Of a DNA stretch of 64,000 nucleotides, positions 22,421 through 37,400 are shown piece by piece. Position numbers and translations under genes: made by a program. Source of the stretch: Harriotta raleighana (lineage: Eukaryota). The stretch spans positions 88,228 to 152,227 of the forward strand of contig JBNZDD010013577.1 in assembly GCA_050575255.1 (NCBI GenBank), written 5' to 3'. Under the pieces are notes generated by a model, which was given only the letters and a program-made list of their open reading frames with translations, did not search any database and was not told where the DNA came from. How positions within the stretch are numbered: the stretch's first letter is position 1; every line of letters starts with the position of its first letter.

Positions 22421-25400
22421 GTGAGTGCAACAGCTTTGAACCATGCAGTTCGGTATTAGCTGTTTTCTGTTCCGCTAACAGGAAAGGAACAGTTTTCAGT
22501 AACCTGTACTAATCTTAAACTGTCTTCAGGTTAGATGTACGTTGTCCTTTTTTTAACCGATGTGTTTATTTGAACTTCGGAGGCTCTCCATAGCCTTTAA
22601 TTCTTTTTCGTCCATGCTTGAAAACTGGAGAGATAATAACTTTCCCTTCTGCAAGTGGAATCTATACCAAGGAGACTTAAAATTAGTGCTAGGATAGTTG
22701 GAGATGAAAACAAATCTTGACTCAGAGTTGTGAGAATATGGAATGTACTTCTCCTGAAGTCATAGAGGCAGAATTAGTTTCAATGTTTCAACAGAAAGCT
22801 ACTAGGGAAGTACAGGTCTGCCTGATAAAAATCTCTCGAAAAAAAGTTAAATTGCTCATTTCAATACATGACTGTTTGTGGGATACTGCTGTATTTTCCA
22901 ATTGGCTGCTGTATTTTGCCCACAAATATACAGTCAATTCACTTTACAGCATATTTTGTGAAGCGCTTTGAGACATGAAGATGTGAAAAGCACCATATCA
23001 AATGCAAGGATTATTATTATTATGGAGTTGTATGGGCAAAGGATGAGGAGAAGGGATTGAAAGATCTGCCCATGGTCTAATATTTTGGCAAAACAGATTG
23101 GATAGCTGAATGGTTGTCTTATTTTTTGTTCTTTTATTGTGTTGTGGCAATATGAATGAGTTAATACTGCAGAAATGTGGACTATATATGTTAGAAGCAG
23201 CTATTTATCTATTAGATCTCTGTTTCCTATCATTTGCTGGAATGTACATGTGCTGATAGTACTTTACTAGTTTCTTGTTATTCATGTGTGAATCTTGAGA
23301 ATGAATGTCGTTAAAGTACTCAACCACAGGGTGTGGAGTATCACTCACCGAACCCCATCCTGTTCTCACCCCACATCCGTTCACATCGATTCTCCAGCAC
23401 CAGGGTGTGTGTGTTTGGGGGTGGGAGGGGGGATGGGTTGGGAATGTTTTTGCGATAGCAATCAGGAGTAGAAATTTGTCTCAATTTCGTCTTCCTAATC
23501 CACGCACATCAATCAGAATCTCAGCAAAATTATCATAGAATCATAGAATGTTCCAGCACAGAAGGAGGCCATTCGGCCCATCGAGTCTGTGCTGACTCTC
23601 TGACAGAGCAATGTCACTTTTATTAACCCCAATCACCAGCTTTCTCCCCATAACCCTGCAAACCCGTCTTCCCCAGATACCTATCTAGTTCTCTCTTAAA
23701 AGCTGCTATCGAAGCAGATCATTCCAAATTCGAACAACTCTCTGAGTGAAAAAAATTATTCTAACCTCCCCTCTGCTTCTTTTGGTAGATATCTTAAGAC
23801 TGTGACCTCGGGTCACAGACACACCTACCAGCGGAAACAGCTTTTCCCTATCCAGCCTGTCGAAACCTTTCATGATCTTGAAGGCCTCTATCAGGTCCCT
23901 GCGTAACCTTCTCTGCTCTAATGGGAAAAGTCCTAACTGCTCCAGCCTGTCCTCATAGCTAAGGTTCCCCATTCCTGGAATCATTCTTGTGAATTGCCTC
24001 TGCACCCTTTCCAATGCCTTAATGTCCTTCCTGAAGTAAGGTGCCCAGAACTGGATGCAGTACTCCAGCTGAGGCCTAACCAGTGTTTTGTACAAATTAA
24101 GCATAACTTCCCTGCTCTTAAACTCTTATGCCCCTACTAATAAAGCTCAATACACCAAATGCCTTTTTTACTGCCTTATCTACCTGCCCTGCTACCTTTA
24201 ATGATTCACTTACTTGAACACCCTGACCTCTCTGTACGTTCACCCCCCTTAAGATTGAGCTACCAAGACTATATTGCCTCCTATCATTTTTCCTACCTAA
24301 ATGTATGACCTCACACTTATCCACATTGAAATCCATCTGCCACATGTCAGCGCATTCCACCATTCTGTGTATGTCTGCCTGCGGTTGGATACAGTCCTCC
24401 TCACTATTTACTACCCTACCAACTTTGTATCATACAGATTAGCAATTCATAGGGTTGTCCACCAGTTCATTTTCTATTCCTATGTTTTCAACTTTACCAT
24501 TTTTTAAATCATTCTATGACTCATGGGGCAATTCACTCCTTGTGATTTCACTCCCAGTTCATGACTGGTTAAGAATATAGAAAAATACAAACAGGCACAG
24601 GGCATTCAGCCCTTGAGCCTATTCCATCAATTTCTTAGATCCTGGAAGATCTTTCAATCCCAATGCTTCAATCAAGTTATGAGGAGACACCGTTCCCCCT
24701 CTCCCCCTCTCCCCGTTAAATTGTTGAATCCCAAACCGTTAGCTGCCATTGGCAATTTGCCATGTTTTGCCAACAAATATACAGTCAATTTTCCCAGTTT
24801 CCTTCCCCCTACCCCAACCCCTCCCGCCTTGCTCTGGTCCCTACCTCTTTTCCCCACTTTATTTCCTCTTTTCTTCTCCCTACCCCGACCCCTCCCCACC
24901 CTGCTCTGGTCCCTACCTTGGGACGTTGTTGTATTCTGTGAAGTGCTTTGAGACGTCGATAAGATGTGGAAAGTGCTATATAAATGTAAGGATTATTATT
25001 ATGGAGCACGATTGCCGGTAGTGCCTTCAATCTGCCTCTGCCAACACAGATGATTCCAATACTTTGGCGCCAATTTAGAGAATTTTGCATCAAATTTATG
25101 CAAATAATATAATTAAAATTTTGAACCTTACGTTTGTACCCAGGGTTCAGAAAAAATAATTTCCCTCAATCGGAAGTTTAGCTTCTGCATCTTATCATTG
25201 AATGGGACTTTTTGTCTGGTCACCTGGTTGCTTGACACATTCAGAAACCATGCTTGAGAGTATCTAAACCTGACTGAGAGTTTCACATATGCATGCTATC
25301 TATTAGACCTAGAATATTGTGTGTGGTTTTGGTCTCCTTATCTAAAAAAGGATATACTGTACTCACCTTAGATGGGGTAAGATTCACTAAATTGGTTCTT

Positions 25401-28400
25401 GGGATGAGAGGATTGACCTACGAGGAGAGGTTGAGTAAACTAGGCCTTTGTTATGATGATAATAATAATCCTTCCATTTGATATAGCGCTTTTCTCGTCT
25501 TCTAGATGTCTCAAAGCACTTCACAGAATATACTGTAAAGTGAATTCACTGTATATTTGTGGACAAAATGTAGCAGACAATTGCGCACAGCAGTGTCCCA
25601 CAAACAATCGTGGATTGAAATGATCAATTTACTTTCGTTTTTTTTGATGGATTATTATTAGACGAGTGGAGTAAGGAAATTTGCCCAAGGTTTCAATCTG
25701 ACCTGCCTGGATTCGAACCCAGGTCTCACACTTGTAAGGCGAGTGCTTTAACCACTGAGCTACAGGAGTACAGGAATAAGATATTCTCTAGAATATAGAT
25801 GAATTAGAGATGATTTTATAGAAACCTGTAAAATTCTTAAGGCCTTGACAAGGGTGGATGTTGTGACACTGTTTCCCCTGGTTGGAGAATCTAAAAATAG
25901 GGGTCATAGTTTTAAAAAGATGACCTTTAATCCTGAGATTGAGTTGAAAAAACATTTCTTCACTCAGAGGGTAGTAAATTTATTGAATTCTCTACCCCAG
26001 AAGGCTGTGGAAGCCGTAGAGGATTGATCCAATTGATTCCTTTCAATGGTAAGGTGCCACTTGCAATAATGAACTTCTGTGTTGCATTGTCAGTGATGTA
26101 TCCTTTAGATAAGATTTTATGTTCATGTGGATGTTAAGATCCTATGAAAATTCAAAAAGCGAAGGTAGTTTCTCCTTATGTCCTGTTCAGAAAAAACTCC
26201 ATCTGTACCCGGCCTAAATTTACTGATCTGAAGCAGTACTAAACTGTGAGTTACTCAGGCATTGTCTTACAAATTGTCTTGTAATCACAATAGATGTGGA
26301 TGCAAATTAAGAAGCACTTTACAAAGTAAAATTGATTAGAACTGAAAATGAATGTTGTCATGTAGCAAACACCACAGCTAACCTGTGTGAGAAATATCCA
26401 TTCAATGAACAGCAAAAGTGCCGGGTATTCAAATAATTTGAATTTGGAGGTACATGAGGAAGGGGGGATATAAACTAGGAGAAACATTCCGCATTTCTTT
26501 GAAATAGTAGCAGCAAGGCTTCCCTTTACCTGAATCATAAAAATATTCAGAAGTTATAAATTAATAACATAATGTGCCAATAGAAAATAGAAAACTTTTG
26601 TTGAATACTTTTTGTTTGATGCTCTTTTACTTCTGTAAATATTTTCTCTAATGTACTATTTCAGGTGGCAAGAAGGGTAGCAACTGTAATTCTCCTTCAT
26701 TGTCAATATTTCCTGTCTATATTGTCTATATTTCCTTTTGCAACTTCCATTTTCTCCTACATTGTCCTGAATAAGGGATCTCACAGTAATATCTCAGTCA
26801 CTCACTGCTTAACACCTTCACCTCCCAAGTATCTGTCCTCCCTATTATATACCCTAAAAGTGATTCTATGCAATGATCTCCCAAGGTAACCATTCAATCT
26901 TATCTCAACCCTCTGACTTAAAAAAAATCTTTTCTGATCTCATTTCCAACAAGTTTAACTCTGGTTTTAAGATGAAAAACATTGTTTTGGTTCCCCTATC
27001 TGGTTTGTCAATTTCCTTCATTACAAAAACACCAATTTAACATAATTAGGTCACCTCTTACAATGAGCTGTGAGAATATAACCCAATCATCTACATAGCC
27101 TTTCACTGAGCAGAGCCCGTTCATCCCAATAAGACTTGAATTTCCTCCGCACTGCTTGTGTCGAGAGCTCCTGTTGCTCTGATAATGCCATCGCTGACTG
27201 TTTAAACGGATGATTAAAAAAAACTTGAAGTTGAAGGGATGCAGCATGAAATTGTGGTTAAGAATGTTACTTGCTGATAACAAAGCTATTTCAAGGAGGA
27301 TCACTTGGTTTGGTCATAGTCATTCTATTTCCAACTTTGAATTTGCATTTACACTCCATGTTTTGTGGGGCCCCATTTCATTACCCGAACCCCAGTATAA
27401 ACTGTCTGGCAGTTTATACTGGGGTTCGGGTAATGAAATGGGGCCCCACAAAACATTTCTTTGTAAATTTTTAAAGGCTATGAAGTNCCATTCAAACTAG
27501 ATTTTCCCTCACTTCTATTCATTTAATCATTATTATTATTTATCCCATCTGACTTTTAGTTATTGTCTGAAAGGCCTTCTACTGGCCTTCTACTGTGCTA
27601 TAAATTTCTATGGTTTTATATCTAGCTCCTGCTTTCCTTTTACTGGGTTCTGGTTCCAGAGCCTGCAAATGCTTTCTAGTCCCTCAGTTTCAGCCCATGG
27701 AATCTTTTCTGAAATGTCCAAAAAAGCAGATAGATTCTTGATTTTAATGTTTCATCTGTAATGTTTCTTCCCAATTCTCCTGTTCTCCAAGTTAACACCG
27801 CTGGCTAGGACATTGCTCTGTATGGATCAGCTTCTGCATTTACCTATGAATAGGTCCATGGAGTCCTGTAGCTCAGTGGTTTTTTAAGCGAGTGACTTGG
27901 GTTTGATTCCAGACAGCACAAAACCTTGGGCAAGTTTCCCTACTCCACATGCCTGATAAAAGTCCTTTAAAAAAACACAACAATAAATTGGACTTTTCAA
28001 TGCACGGCTGTTTGTGAGACACTGCTATGTAAAATCCGCTGCTGCGTTTTGTCCACAAATATACAGTCAATTCACTTTACAGTATAATTTGTGATGTGCT
28101 TTGAGACATCTAGAAGCCTTGATAAGGCTTTTTCAAATGCAAGGAATATTACTGTATTACTATTATTTAGTAGTCAGTACACGCTACAGTAAAAGAATGG
28201 CTTTGAGACATTTTATTTATGTCTAGAATAAATTAAGAGATATGCCTGAAACTATCATAATTCTAATCTTTAAAGTTTTACAGTGCATCAGAAAGCCTGA
28301 AAGCACTTTACTAAATTTGCTGTGAAGTAAAGTAATTGTATGTATGTGGGCAGCAATCATTATGCTAATTTGCAATGTGCCACAAACAACCAGGAAAGTC

Positions 28401-31400
28401 AATGATCAATTTATGTGGAGGAGTATTGGCCAGGACACTGGTAGCAACTCCAGGCTTTTTTCAAACAGTTTCATAAGATCTTAACAGCCAGCTAAAAAGT
28501 AGATGGAACTTCAGTTTAATGGCACCTCTAATGTTGCAACCCCCATCCCCCATGTTGCACTGAAGTGTCAGTGGATTTCAAGTTGCTGAACATCTGATGG
28601 CAGCACGTAAGGGCTAAGAGCTCAAGTTGCTGATGCTTGAACCCACAACTTTCTAATCTTGAAGCAGAAGTGCTATGAACAAAATGACAACTTCACATAT
28701 GAAGTTAAAATGATAGGATAGGGTTAAAATGGTATTCAAGAGCTGTCTTATGTTCTTTCCCATTTAAAGGAGTGATTCAAGAATTGTTCCGCTAATTTTT
28801 AGGGTGGTTCATTTTACAGATTTCCACAATCGGTTAGCCAGAGAAAATTTTTCCTTGGTTTTTGAGAAATAGTAGAAAATTGGGGCCACAAAAAGAATTG
28901 GTAAATTCTCGATTTATTTTCTGATTAATTCCTAAAGTGCTGCCTAGGCACATGGTAAGTAGACCACAGAGGGCAACTTGTTTTATGAACCCTGTATTCT
29001 GAATCTGGATTTGGTAGAACTACTGTATATTCAAAATCAGGTGACCTGTTGACCTGCATACACGTTTAATGCCAGAGCAATGAGACCCTGAGATATTTGG
29101 TATGTGCTTGAAAATCTAATGGCAGCATGTAAGGGCTATTGACTGATTTGGGGTACATGAGTACACAGATGTGCCTTGTACAGTAATGTTAATTCCATGA
29201 TGAATGAGGCTAGCTTGTTCAGAAATGGATTTTGTAATCTACACATATAATAATATCAATTGTGTTGCTACAGTACCAAGCTTTTGCTTTATAAACTCAA
29301 CAATGATGCCAGTCTCCAATTGATCCAGATCTGACATGACAATATCTTTGTGCCAGGCTTGCACTCTGGCTTCACGACAAGCTGATTCAATCAAATGATA
29401 ATCTGTTTTATTTTCTGCAAGATCTCTGATGTAATGTTTGGCTTGGTGGATAGCATTCTTACCTCTGGGTCAAGAGGTTGTGGACTTATTTCCCATCTCC
29501 GCTTAAACTCACTGAATAGGCTCACTTACATTACAGTATGTTTTGTGAAACACTTTAAAGGACTATATCACATCAAGGCTTACCATTATTATAGACTGAT
29601 CCAGTGCAATAGTGGGAGAGGACTGAATTATAATAATCCTTGCATTTGATATAGCACTTTTTACGTCTTCTAGGCATCTCAAAACGCTTCACAGAATATA
29701 CTGTAAAGTGAATTGACTCCGAGGTGCTCTCTTTTGAATGAGATTCAGATCCAAAGTCCTGTCTGGCTAATCTTGAAGTGGACATTAAAGATTCCTATTT
29801 GACATTATTTGAAAAGAGATGTACATTTATCCCTGTGACGAGGGATAACTAGCCATGAATGACTTAGATAAAATGGTCATTCGTGGCTAGTTATGGAACT
29901 TATGTACAAAACAGCTGCAATGCCTGGAAAGTAATCAGTATTTTGTAATTACTGTAAAAAGTTTTGAGACATTTTGATTTGATAAGATACTATTAATAAT
30001 TGTATTCATTCTTAGCAATACTTATTCATGAGCCCATGCAAAGGAAAAGTATTGGTGTGTTTAGAGGATTGGGATAGATGGAACAAAGCATTCAGGTTAG
30101 CACAGATGCTTTGTTGGAGATGCAAGTACAGGCAGTAATGATCAGGGACTGACTTGCCTCCCACAGTGTCATTGATTTCAATCGTTCTCTTGTCCCTATC
30201 TAAGAGGCTGATTTTCATACCAATCTATGTGCAGTGATCTAATGGGTTCTGTGCTCTGACACATGTGGACTTTCCATTTACACATGTAAACTGCGCATCC
30301 CACCACATTGTGTAGGATGGTGTTTTGCTAGAGTTTGTGTATTTTGCCCAGGATATGCTCTTTGCTGAAGAAAATACCAGTAATGACAATGGTTTTGATT
30401 TCACAGAGACCACTCACGGTCGGTGTTGACAAAAGCAGAGGCAGAACACAAACCACATTGTGAAGTCTAAACAAGTGTGGGGTGTGGATGTCCATCTTTA
30501 GTAACTGTGCAGTGGGGAACTCCACAGCGAGAATTTCCAACACAGCAACAAAATGCTCACATCTTCACACCACCCTTTGATTTAGAATCCAAGTGGGTGA
30601 TCGGTAAATCTCTAACCTTCCAGTCTTGGAAATTTATTCAGTTTGTGTTTCATGTGTGAATCAGGGGAGGAAGGGGTAGGGGAAATTCAGCGTTAATTAT
30701 TAATTTGGTTACTCGTTTGACTCTGCATGACTCCCAGGAAGGAGATAGATTCAGGTTTGTTCTGTTTGATTAGTAATTTTGTTTACTTTGTAAATAACCA
30801 TTCAAAGCAAACTGAGAGTTTCCCAAATATACTCCCGACTGTACATTAAAAAAAGTTCATCTAGACTTCTGAAAGGTGTTTGACAAAGTACCACTCAACA
30901 ACAACAACTTGGATTTATATAGCGCCCTCAATGCCAGATGGCGTCTCAGAACGCTTCACAATAATGGATTCGGGTGAGAATGTGGGCAGCGTTCACTCCT
31001 TCACTGGGTATCAAGGTTAAGCAATATATATAGATTTGAAAAATGGCAGAAAGGATGGAACAGAGAGTCATTGATAAGGAAGTTAGGTCAAAATAGAGAA
31101 GTATTAAATGGAGTGATTCGGGGATCTATACTGGAAACCTCATGTTCTTTGTATATATTAATGGCCTGGATTTGCAGATCTAGTGTAAACTAGTCATGAG
31201 TTATACAATCCTTCCTTAACTAGGGAAGAGTTAAGGTAAGGATTATGTAAGGTGATCAAGAATTGTGGAATCAGAGAAGGGAGCAAAAGTCTTATAAAGA
31301 CTACATGGTTTGATGACTGAGCAAAGTTCAATATAGATGACGCCAGGAACTACATCATATAGGAAGTAAGAATAGGAAACACATATACTCCATGGCTGAG

Positions 31401-34400
31401 ATAGAACGTGGGACTGATTAGAAGTTGCCAAGTGGGAAGCTGAAAGAAATCTAGGCATTGTTTATTTCCTTGTTTATTGCCACTTCACACCGTGGATAAT
31501 ATTGAGTGATTCATAGCTCAATATGATGATGAAAGTTTGAGGTGGCAAAAAGCTATTTGGTGCTCTGGTCAGACAGTACCAATAATAATACTAATAATAA
31601 TAATAATTCTTGCATTTGATACAGTGTTCTTCACATCTTCTGGATGTGTCAAAGCACTTCACAGAATGTACTGTAATGTGAATTGACTATATTTATGTGC
31701 GAAATGTGGCAGCCAAATTACGCACAGCAGTGTCCCACAAACAATTGTGAAATATTCAAGAGTGCAATGTACTGTACTTGTCCCCGCAATATAAGACAGC
31801 AGCCCATCTAGAGGCAGTAAAGAAGAAAGCAATGATGATGAATTTTAATGCTATATGAATGAGCTAAGAGTAACAATTAAAGATTCTATGATTCTATTCT
31901 ATGATTTTCTATCTTAAAAGGATATTTCTCAGTGGGGACCTTATAGATTTGAATAACATTTGAAATATATAACAATAATAATATACTAATCCTTGCATTT
32001 GATATAGTGGCTTATCAGAACTTCAAGATGTCTCAAAGTGCTTCACATCATATACTGTAAACTATAGTGACTGTATTTTGTGGGCAAAACGTGGCAGCCA
32101 ATTGTGCACAGCAGTGTTCCACAATCAGTCATGGAGTGAATGACCAAATTATTATATTTTTTGAAGAAATTGAAAAGGTAAACAATACTGTACTTTCTGA
32201 TGTGACAAGAGGATAAAGACTTAGATTGCGAAGAGCAATTTCATGACAGACACCAGAAGGAAATTAACAGCTGGAATAGGATACCAGGAAGACAATTGAG
32301 GCCAGAATGCTGGATTAATTTCAAAACCACCTTAACACGGTATGGAGAAGATGATAGCATGGGTATCATTTTTCCCACAAAATATACAGTCAAAACACGT
32401 TACAATATATTCTGTGAAGCGCTTTGAGTCGTCTAGAAGATGTGAAAAGCGCAATACAAAATGCAAGGATTCTTATTATTCTGTAAAGATGAGATCAAAT
32501 ATCTGAAGGGCCTTCTTTATTTAAACCTATCTGGTGATCATGTGATCTGCAAAGAGCAGTTTGGGAGTCCTGTGGAGCTACCTGACAGAGGAACCAAACC
32601 TCTCAGAATGGTATACAGGATCGATTTCCATTGTGTAATGAACTCTAATGCTATACATTGCCAAAAATATATCCTTAGAGTGAAATTGTTCAGTGAAGGC
32701 CTTGTGTCTTTAGTGGACAATAAGGATCTCATGCTTCTAGTCAAAAACAGAAGGGAGTTTCTCCTGTGTACTCACCAACAATTCTTCGGATAAATTGATC
32801 TTGCATTTCTTGACTATTATGTGTCAATTGGCTGCCAAATTTGTCTAACCATGAAATAATTATCTGTGAAGTGCTTTGAGGGATTTCTACATTATAGGCA
32901 CAGTATCAAATGCACACCATGCAAATGAAAGTATAATTAATACTGAACTGACTTGATTCTGATTATCCATTGCCAAGAATGTTGCTTTAAGTCAGCTTAG
33001 CCCACATCGGTGTCATGATCTGCTCTGTCTTCCCCCACCTCCACAACATCACCCGACTCTGCCATTGCCTCACACCGTAGGCTACCGAAACTCTTATACA
33101 CTCATTCATAACATCCACTGTTGACATTGCAAACTCTCTGCATGTCTGCCTCTTCAACTCCTCTCTACACAGGCTTCGGATCATCCAGAATTCTGCAGCC
33201 TGTGTCCGTACCCACACCAGGCCCTCTGATGCCTGTAGCCCCCATCCTAATCCGAATACAATGGCTTCCCATCACACAGAGGATACGGTTCAAGATTCTG
33301 GTCTTCACCTTCAAAGCACTCAATGACCTAGCTTCCCTCTACTACGATGACCTGCTAACCCTTTACTTCCCTGCCCATTCCCTCTGCTCAGTGGACTCTG
33401 GCCTGCTTCATAACCCCCATCTCAACCACCCCACCATCCCAGAGTTTCTCTGCCTCGCCTCCTCCCTTGCCTCCTTCAGGACGCATCTCAAGACCTTCCT
33501 CTTCGACTGCTGCTGTAATTTACTTTTGTTGTTTTGTTTGTTGTTGTTGCTTTTCATCATCTCCCCAGCTCAGGTCCGAAACACTGACTATCCGTCATCT
33601 TGGTATGTCCTCCCGACATGAAAGGTGCGATACTAATGTAATTTTGTTGTTTTTCTTGTTGCCTCTGCACTCTCTTCCCAGTTTCAGGTCTCAGCTAAAG
33701 ATCTTTCTCTTTGACTGCACCTTCGGTCACTTTCCTCCCCCTGCCTTGGTTCATCCCTGGGATCCGTTATTGTGAAGCGCTCTGAGACGCCGTCCGGCGT
33801 GGAGGGCGCTATGTAAATCAGCGCCTTGAGACGTCCTCCTGATGTGAAAGGCGCTCTAGAAATGTGATTTTGTTGTTGTTTAAAATCAAAGTTGTTGTTG
33901 TTGTTACCATCAGTCCCACTGGGGGAGCTATCAGTGTATATTGCATTGGTGGTGGATTCAGTGCAGGCTGCTCAGTTGCAAAGTTCTGGATTGTTGTTTG
34001 CTCACTGACTAAATTACCGGCCTGCTGTCTGTAAAGTTCCTTGGCATTTGAGGATACTGTGAACCAGAAATCCTTTGTTATGCTTCACTTCCTGTAATTT
34101 GAACTTACAATGAGCTTTAATAATTGAGACTTGAACATTAGAGATCTGGTGGAGATCAGATTCTCCTGAGGATTCAAAGCTGATGAAAACAATCCCAATG
34201 TGGAACATGGAGGAACATGATTATTTACAACAAACACACTACATGTGCAGCCATCCTGCACAATAATACTATTACTGTACTACTAATAATAATAAGAATG
34301 ACGCATGCATTTAACATAGCTCCTGTTTTGTTGAAATGCTTCACCTGACATTTGTTCTAAAGTGCTTTTTAGGCACATATATCAAATCGTTTATGTGCAG

Positions 34401-37400
34401 AAAAATCCACAGCAATTAAGCAAATTATTGGCCAGGACACCTGGAGAAACTCCATCGTTTTCAAGTAATGTCATAGAATCTTTAATATCCAGTCAGGTGG
34501 GTTTAATGTCTCATCCAAAGAATGGCATTCTCTAACAATACAGTATTTCTACTGTCGTGCCAATCTAAATTGTGGGCACAGACTCGATGGGCTGAATGGC
34601 CTCCTTTTGTGCCATAAGATTCTATGATTCTAAGTCACAATGTCAGGCCTGAAGCCACAACCTCCGACTCAGAGTTCCAGGGTCAGGGATAAAGGCAGCT
34701 GCTACTAGGTATAGTTCACTGAAATAATTTTTTCTCATTTTATATTTCTTAATGAAGTTCATAATGAAGAATAATAGTTCTGTGAAGCCATCTCAAAATA
34801 CATGTTTTCAGAATGAAGTTACCCCCAGTCAGAGAAAAGTGCTGACAGCTGCCAATCAGATTTAAAAATTAAGAAATGCAACAAAATTGATCCTAAATTC
34901 TCAGTCAAAGTCATCTACATTTTTACACCTTTTGGGGGGATATGGTCTCATGTGTGCCTTTCTGCTTATTTGATCTCCTCCATCTCCAATTCTTACTCTA
35001 CCATTTTCTCATTGCAGAAAATGAAAATGAGAAATAGTCTATTTCTTAAACGAGTCCTGTAATATTTCCTGGTATCTACAAGCTTTAACTTTCCCATTTC
35101 TGAGCTAATCAATGCCTTCTCTCGGAAGGTATTGTTCTAGCTTAATTCTTTTCATCCTCTTAAGCATTTTATATATCTTTACAATACCGATCTTTTTCAT
35201 TTTCAAAGCACTTCATTTACTCGCTCCTCTCTATTTATCTGACCAGTTTACCCTGCAATCCACCACCTGCTACCTCCATTCGGCTTGCTCCAGCCACCTG
35301 TTTGTCTCTCGTACCCAACTCTCCACCATCGTTGGGTGTGCCTTGAGCCACTAAATAACAATAATAATAATCCTTACATTTATGTAGCATTTTCCACATC
35401 TTGTCGACATCTCAAAGCGCTTCACAGAATACACCAACGTCCCAAGGTAGGGAGCAGAACAGGGTGGGAGGGGAGGGGTCGGGTTAGGGAGAAGAAAAGA
35501 GGGAAGTAAGGGGGGAAAAGAGGTAGGGACCAGAGCAGGGGGGGAGGGCTCTTGGTAGGGGGAAGGAGAGTAAGAAAATTTACTGTATATTTGTGGGTAA
35601 AATGCAGCAGCCAAATTGCGCACAGCAGTATCCCACTATTCCCTGAAACTCTAGAACTCTTTCCCTTGAACCCTCAGTCTTGCCCTCTTCCTCCCCACCT
35701 TCAAATTCTGCTCAAAGACCTACCTTATAGATTGTGCTTAACAATCACTTCTCGCTCTGGCTCAATGTCAGATTCCACCACTGCCAAGCACCCCGGCGTG
35801 GGCTCATAAATGCAAGTTGTTGCTGCCACCGCTGTTGTTGTTGTTTTAAAACTAAAGAGCCCTAGATGATATTAATTAATCTAAAAACGGTCATTGCTTT
35901 TCTCTGCTCTGCATCTAAAACCTAAGCAGTCCACCTATGTTGCATTGACCATAATTGCATAAATTACACTCAGGCCAAAGCAAAGCACATTACAGCAAAT
36001 TGGGATCTTGAACTCAACTAACTCTGTGAATTACCCCCCACCACAAACACCCCCCGCACCCCAGCAGCTGTGTGAAGCACTTTGACATGTCCTCCTGGTG
36101 TGAAACACACTACATAATTTTTTATAATAGACAAAAACAGAAATTGCTGGGTAAACTCAGCAGGTCAGGCAGCATCCATAGAGAGAGGAAAGTGAGTCAA
36201 CATTTCAGGTCCACGACCCTTCATCAGAACAGATGAAGGGTTGTGGACCTGAAAAGTTGACTTACTTTCCTTTCTCCATGGATGCTACCTGACCTACTGA
36301 GTTTTCCCAGCAACTTCAGTTTTTATTTCAGATTTCCAGCATCTGTAGTGTTTTCTGTTTTGTTTATAATTTTTTGTATTGCATTTTATTACATAGTTCA
36401 ATACATTGTGTTCCTGAAACTAGACAAATGTTAAACAGTCAGAGCATTTTCAACTGTGTCATAAAGATATTTGTGTAATGTTTCCTGGAATGCAAATCAG
36501 GTGCAAGACCCTCTAGTTCTTGTTTGCTTCACCCTCAGATCTTTGCCTTGTAGCTTTGTGTACTGAAGAGTTTATTCCCCATAAATCTTGTATCAGTGAT
36601 TGGCTTTAGTACATTTTAAATCCTACAGCTACACGATAGTCTTTGACAAATCAAAGTGCACCAGAGTAATGTCGTAAGCTATTGATGAGAGTTGTATAAA
36701 CACAATAAATGTATTAAGAGGAAACCTGGCCTGACTAGAATGGGAGGCGTAGTTGTCCTACCACACCCTAACATCCTTTGTCTGTCTTAACTATTCTATT
36801 CTCTATTATTCTATGTCAGTCCCATGTTGGGACTTTGAGCTCGTATTATATGCTGACACTCANTATTTACTATTCTATTCTCTATTATTCTATGTCAGTC
36901 CCATGTTGGGACTTTGAGCTCGTATTATATGCTGACACTCAAAATGCATTATGGGAGATGCTATCCTTTGGATGAGACATTACATTGATTTATATATGTC
37001 TGTTCAGATGCACTTTAAATGATATTATTTGAAAGGGGAAGAGAATTTCCCCTAGAAGAAATTCCCTGGCCAACAATTTCCTAGTTAAAAATTATAGGTA
37101 ATTCTCTTCATGGTAGTTTGTTGGGCACTGTTGTGCACAATTGGCTGCTGCAATCGACTACAAATATAGACATACATTTTAAACTGTGTTCAAATTCAAA
37201 ACGTATTTATTATTTTTTCTAAACATCTCAAAACTGTGGAAATCCTCATGCCACACAGTCTTCGCTTTCTCCTACATTCCTCAGGCTTTTTAAATCCAAG
37301 TTTAGTGGAATTCAGGCACCTCTCTTGATTTCTTGTCATTCCTACTCTTTCAACCTTGGTGGTATCCTGTCTTGTGGCCTTTGATTTTGTGCCTTGGTTT

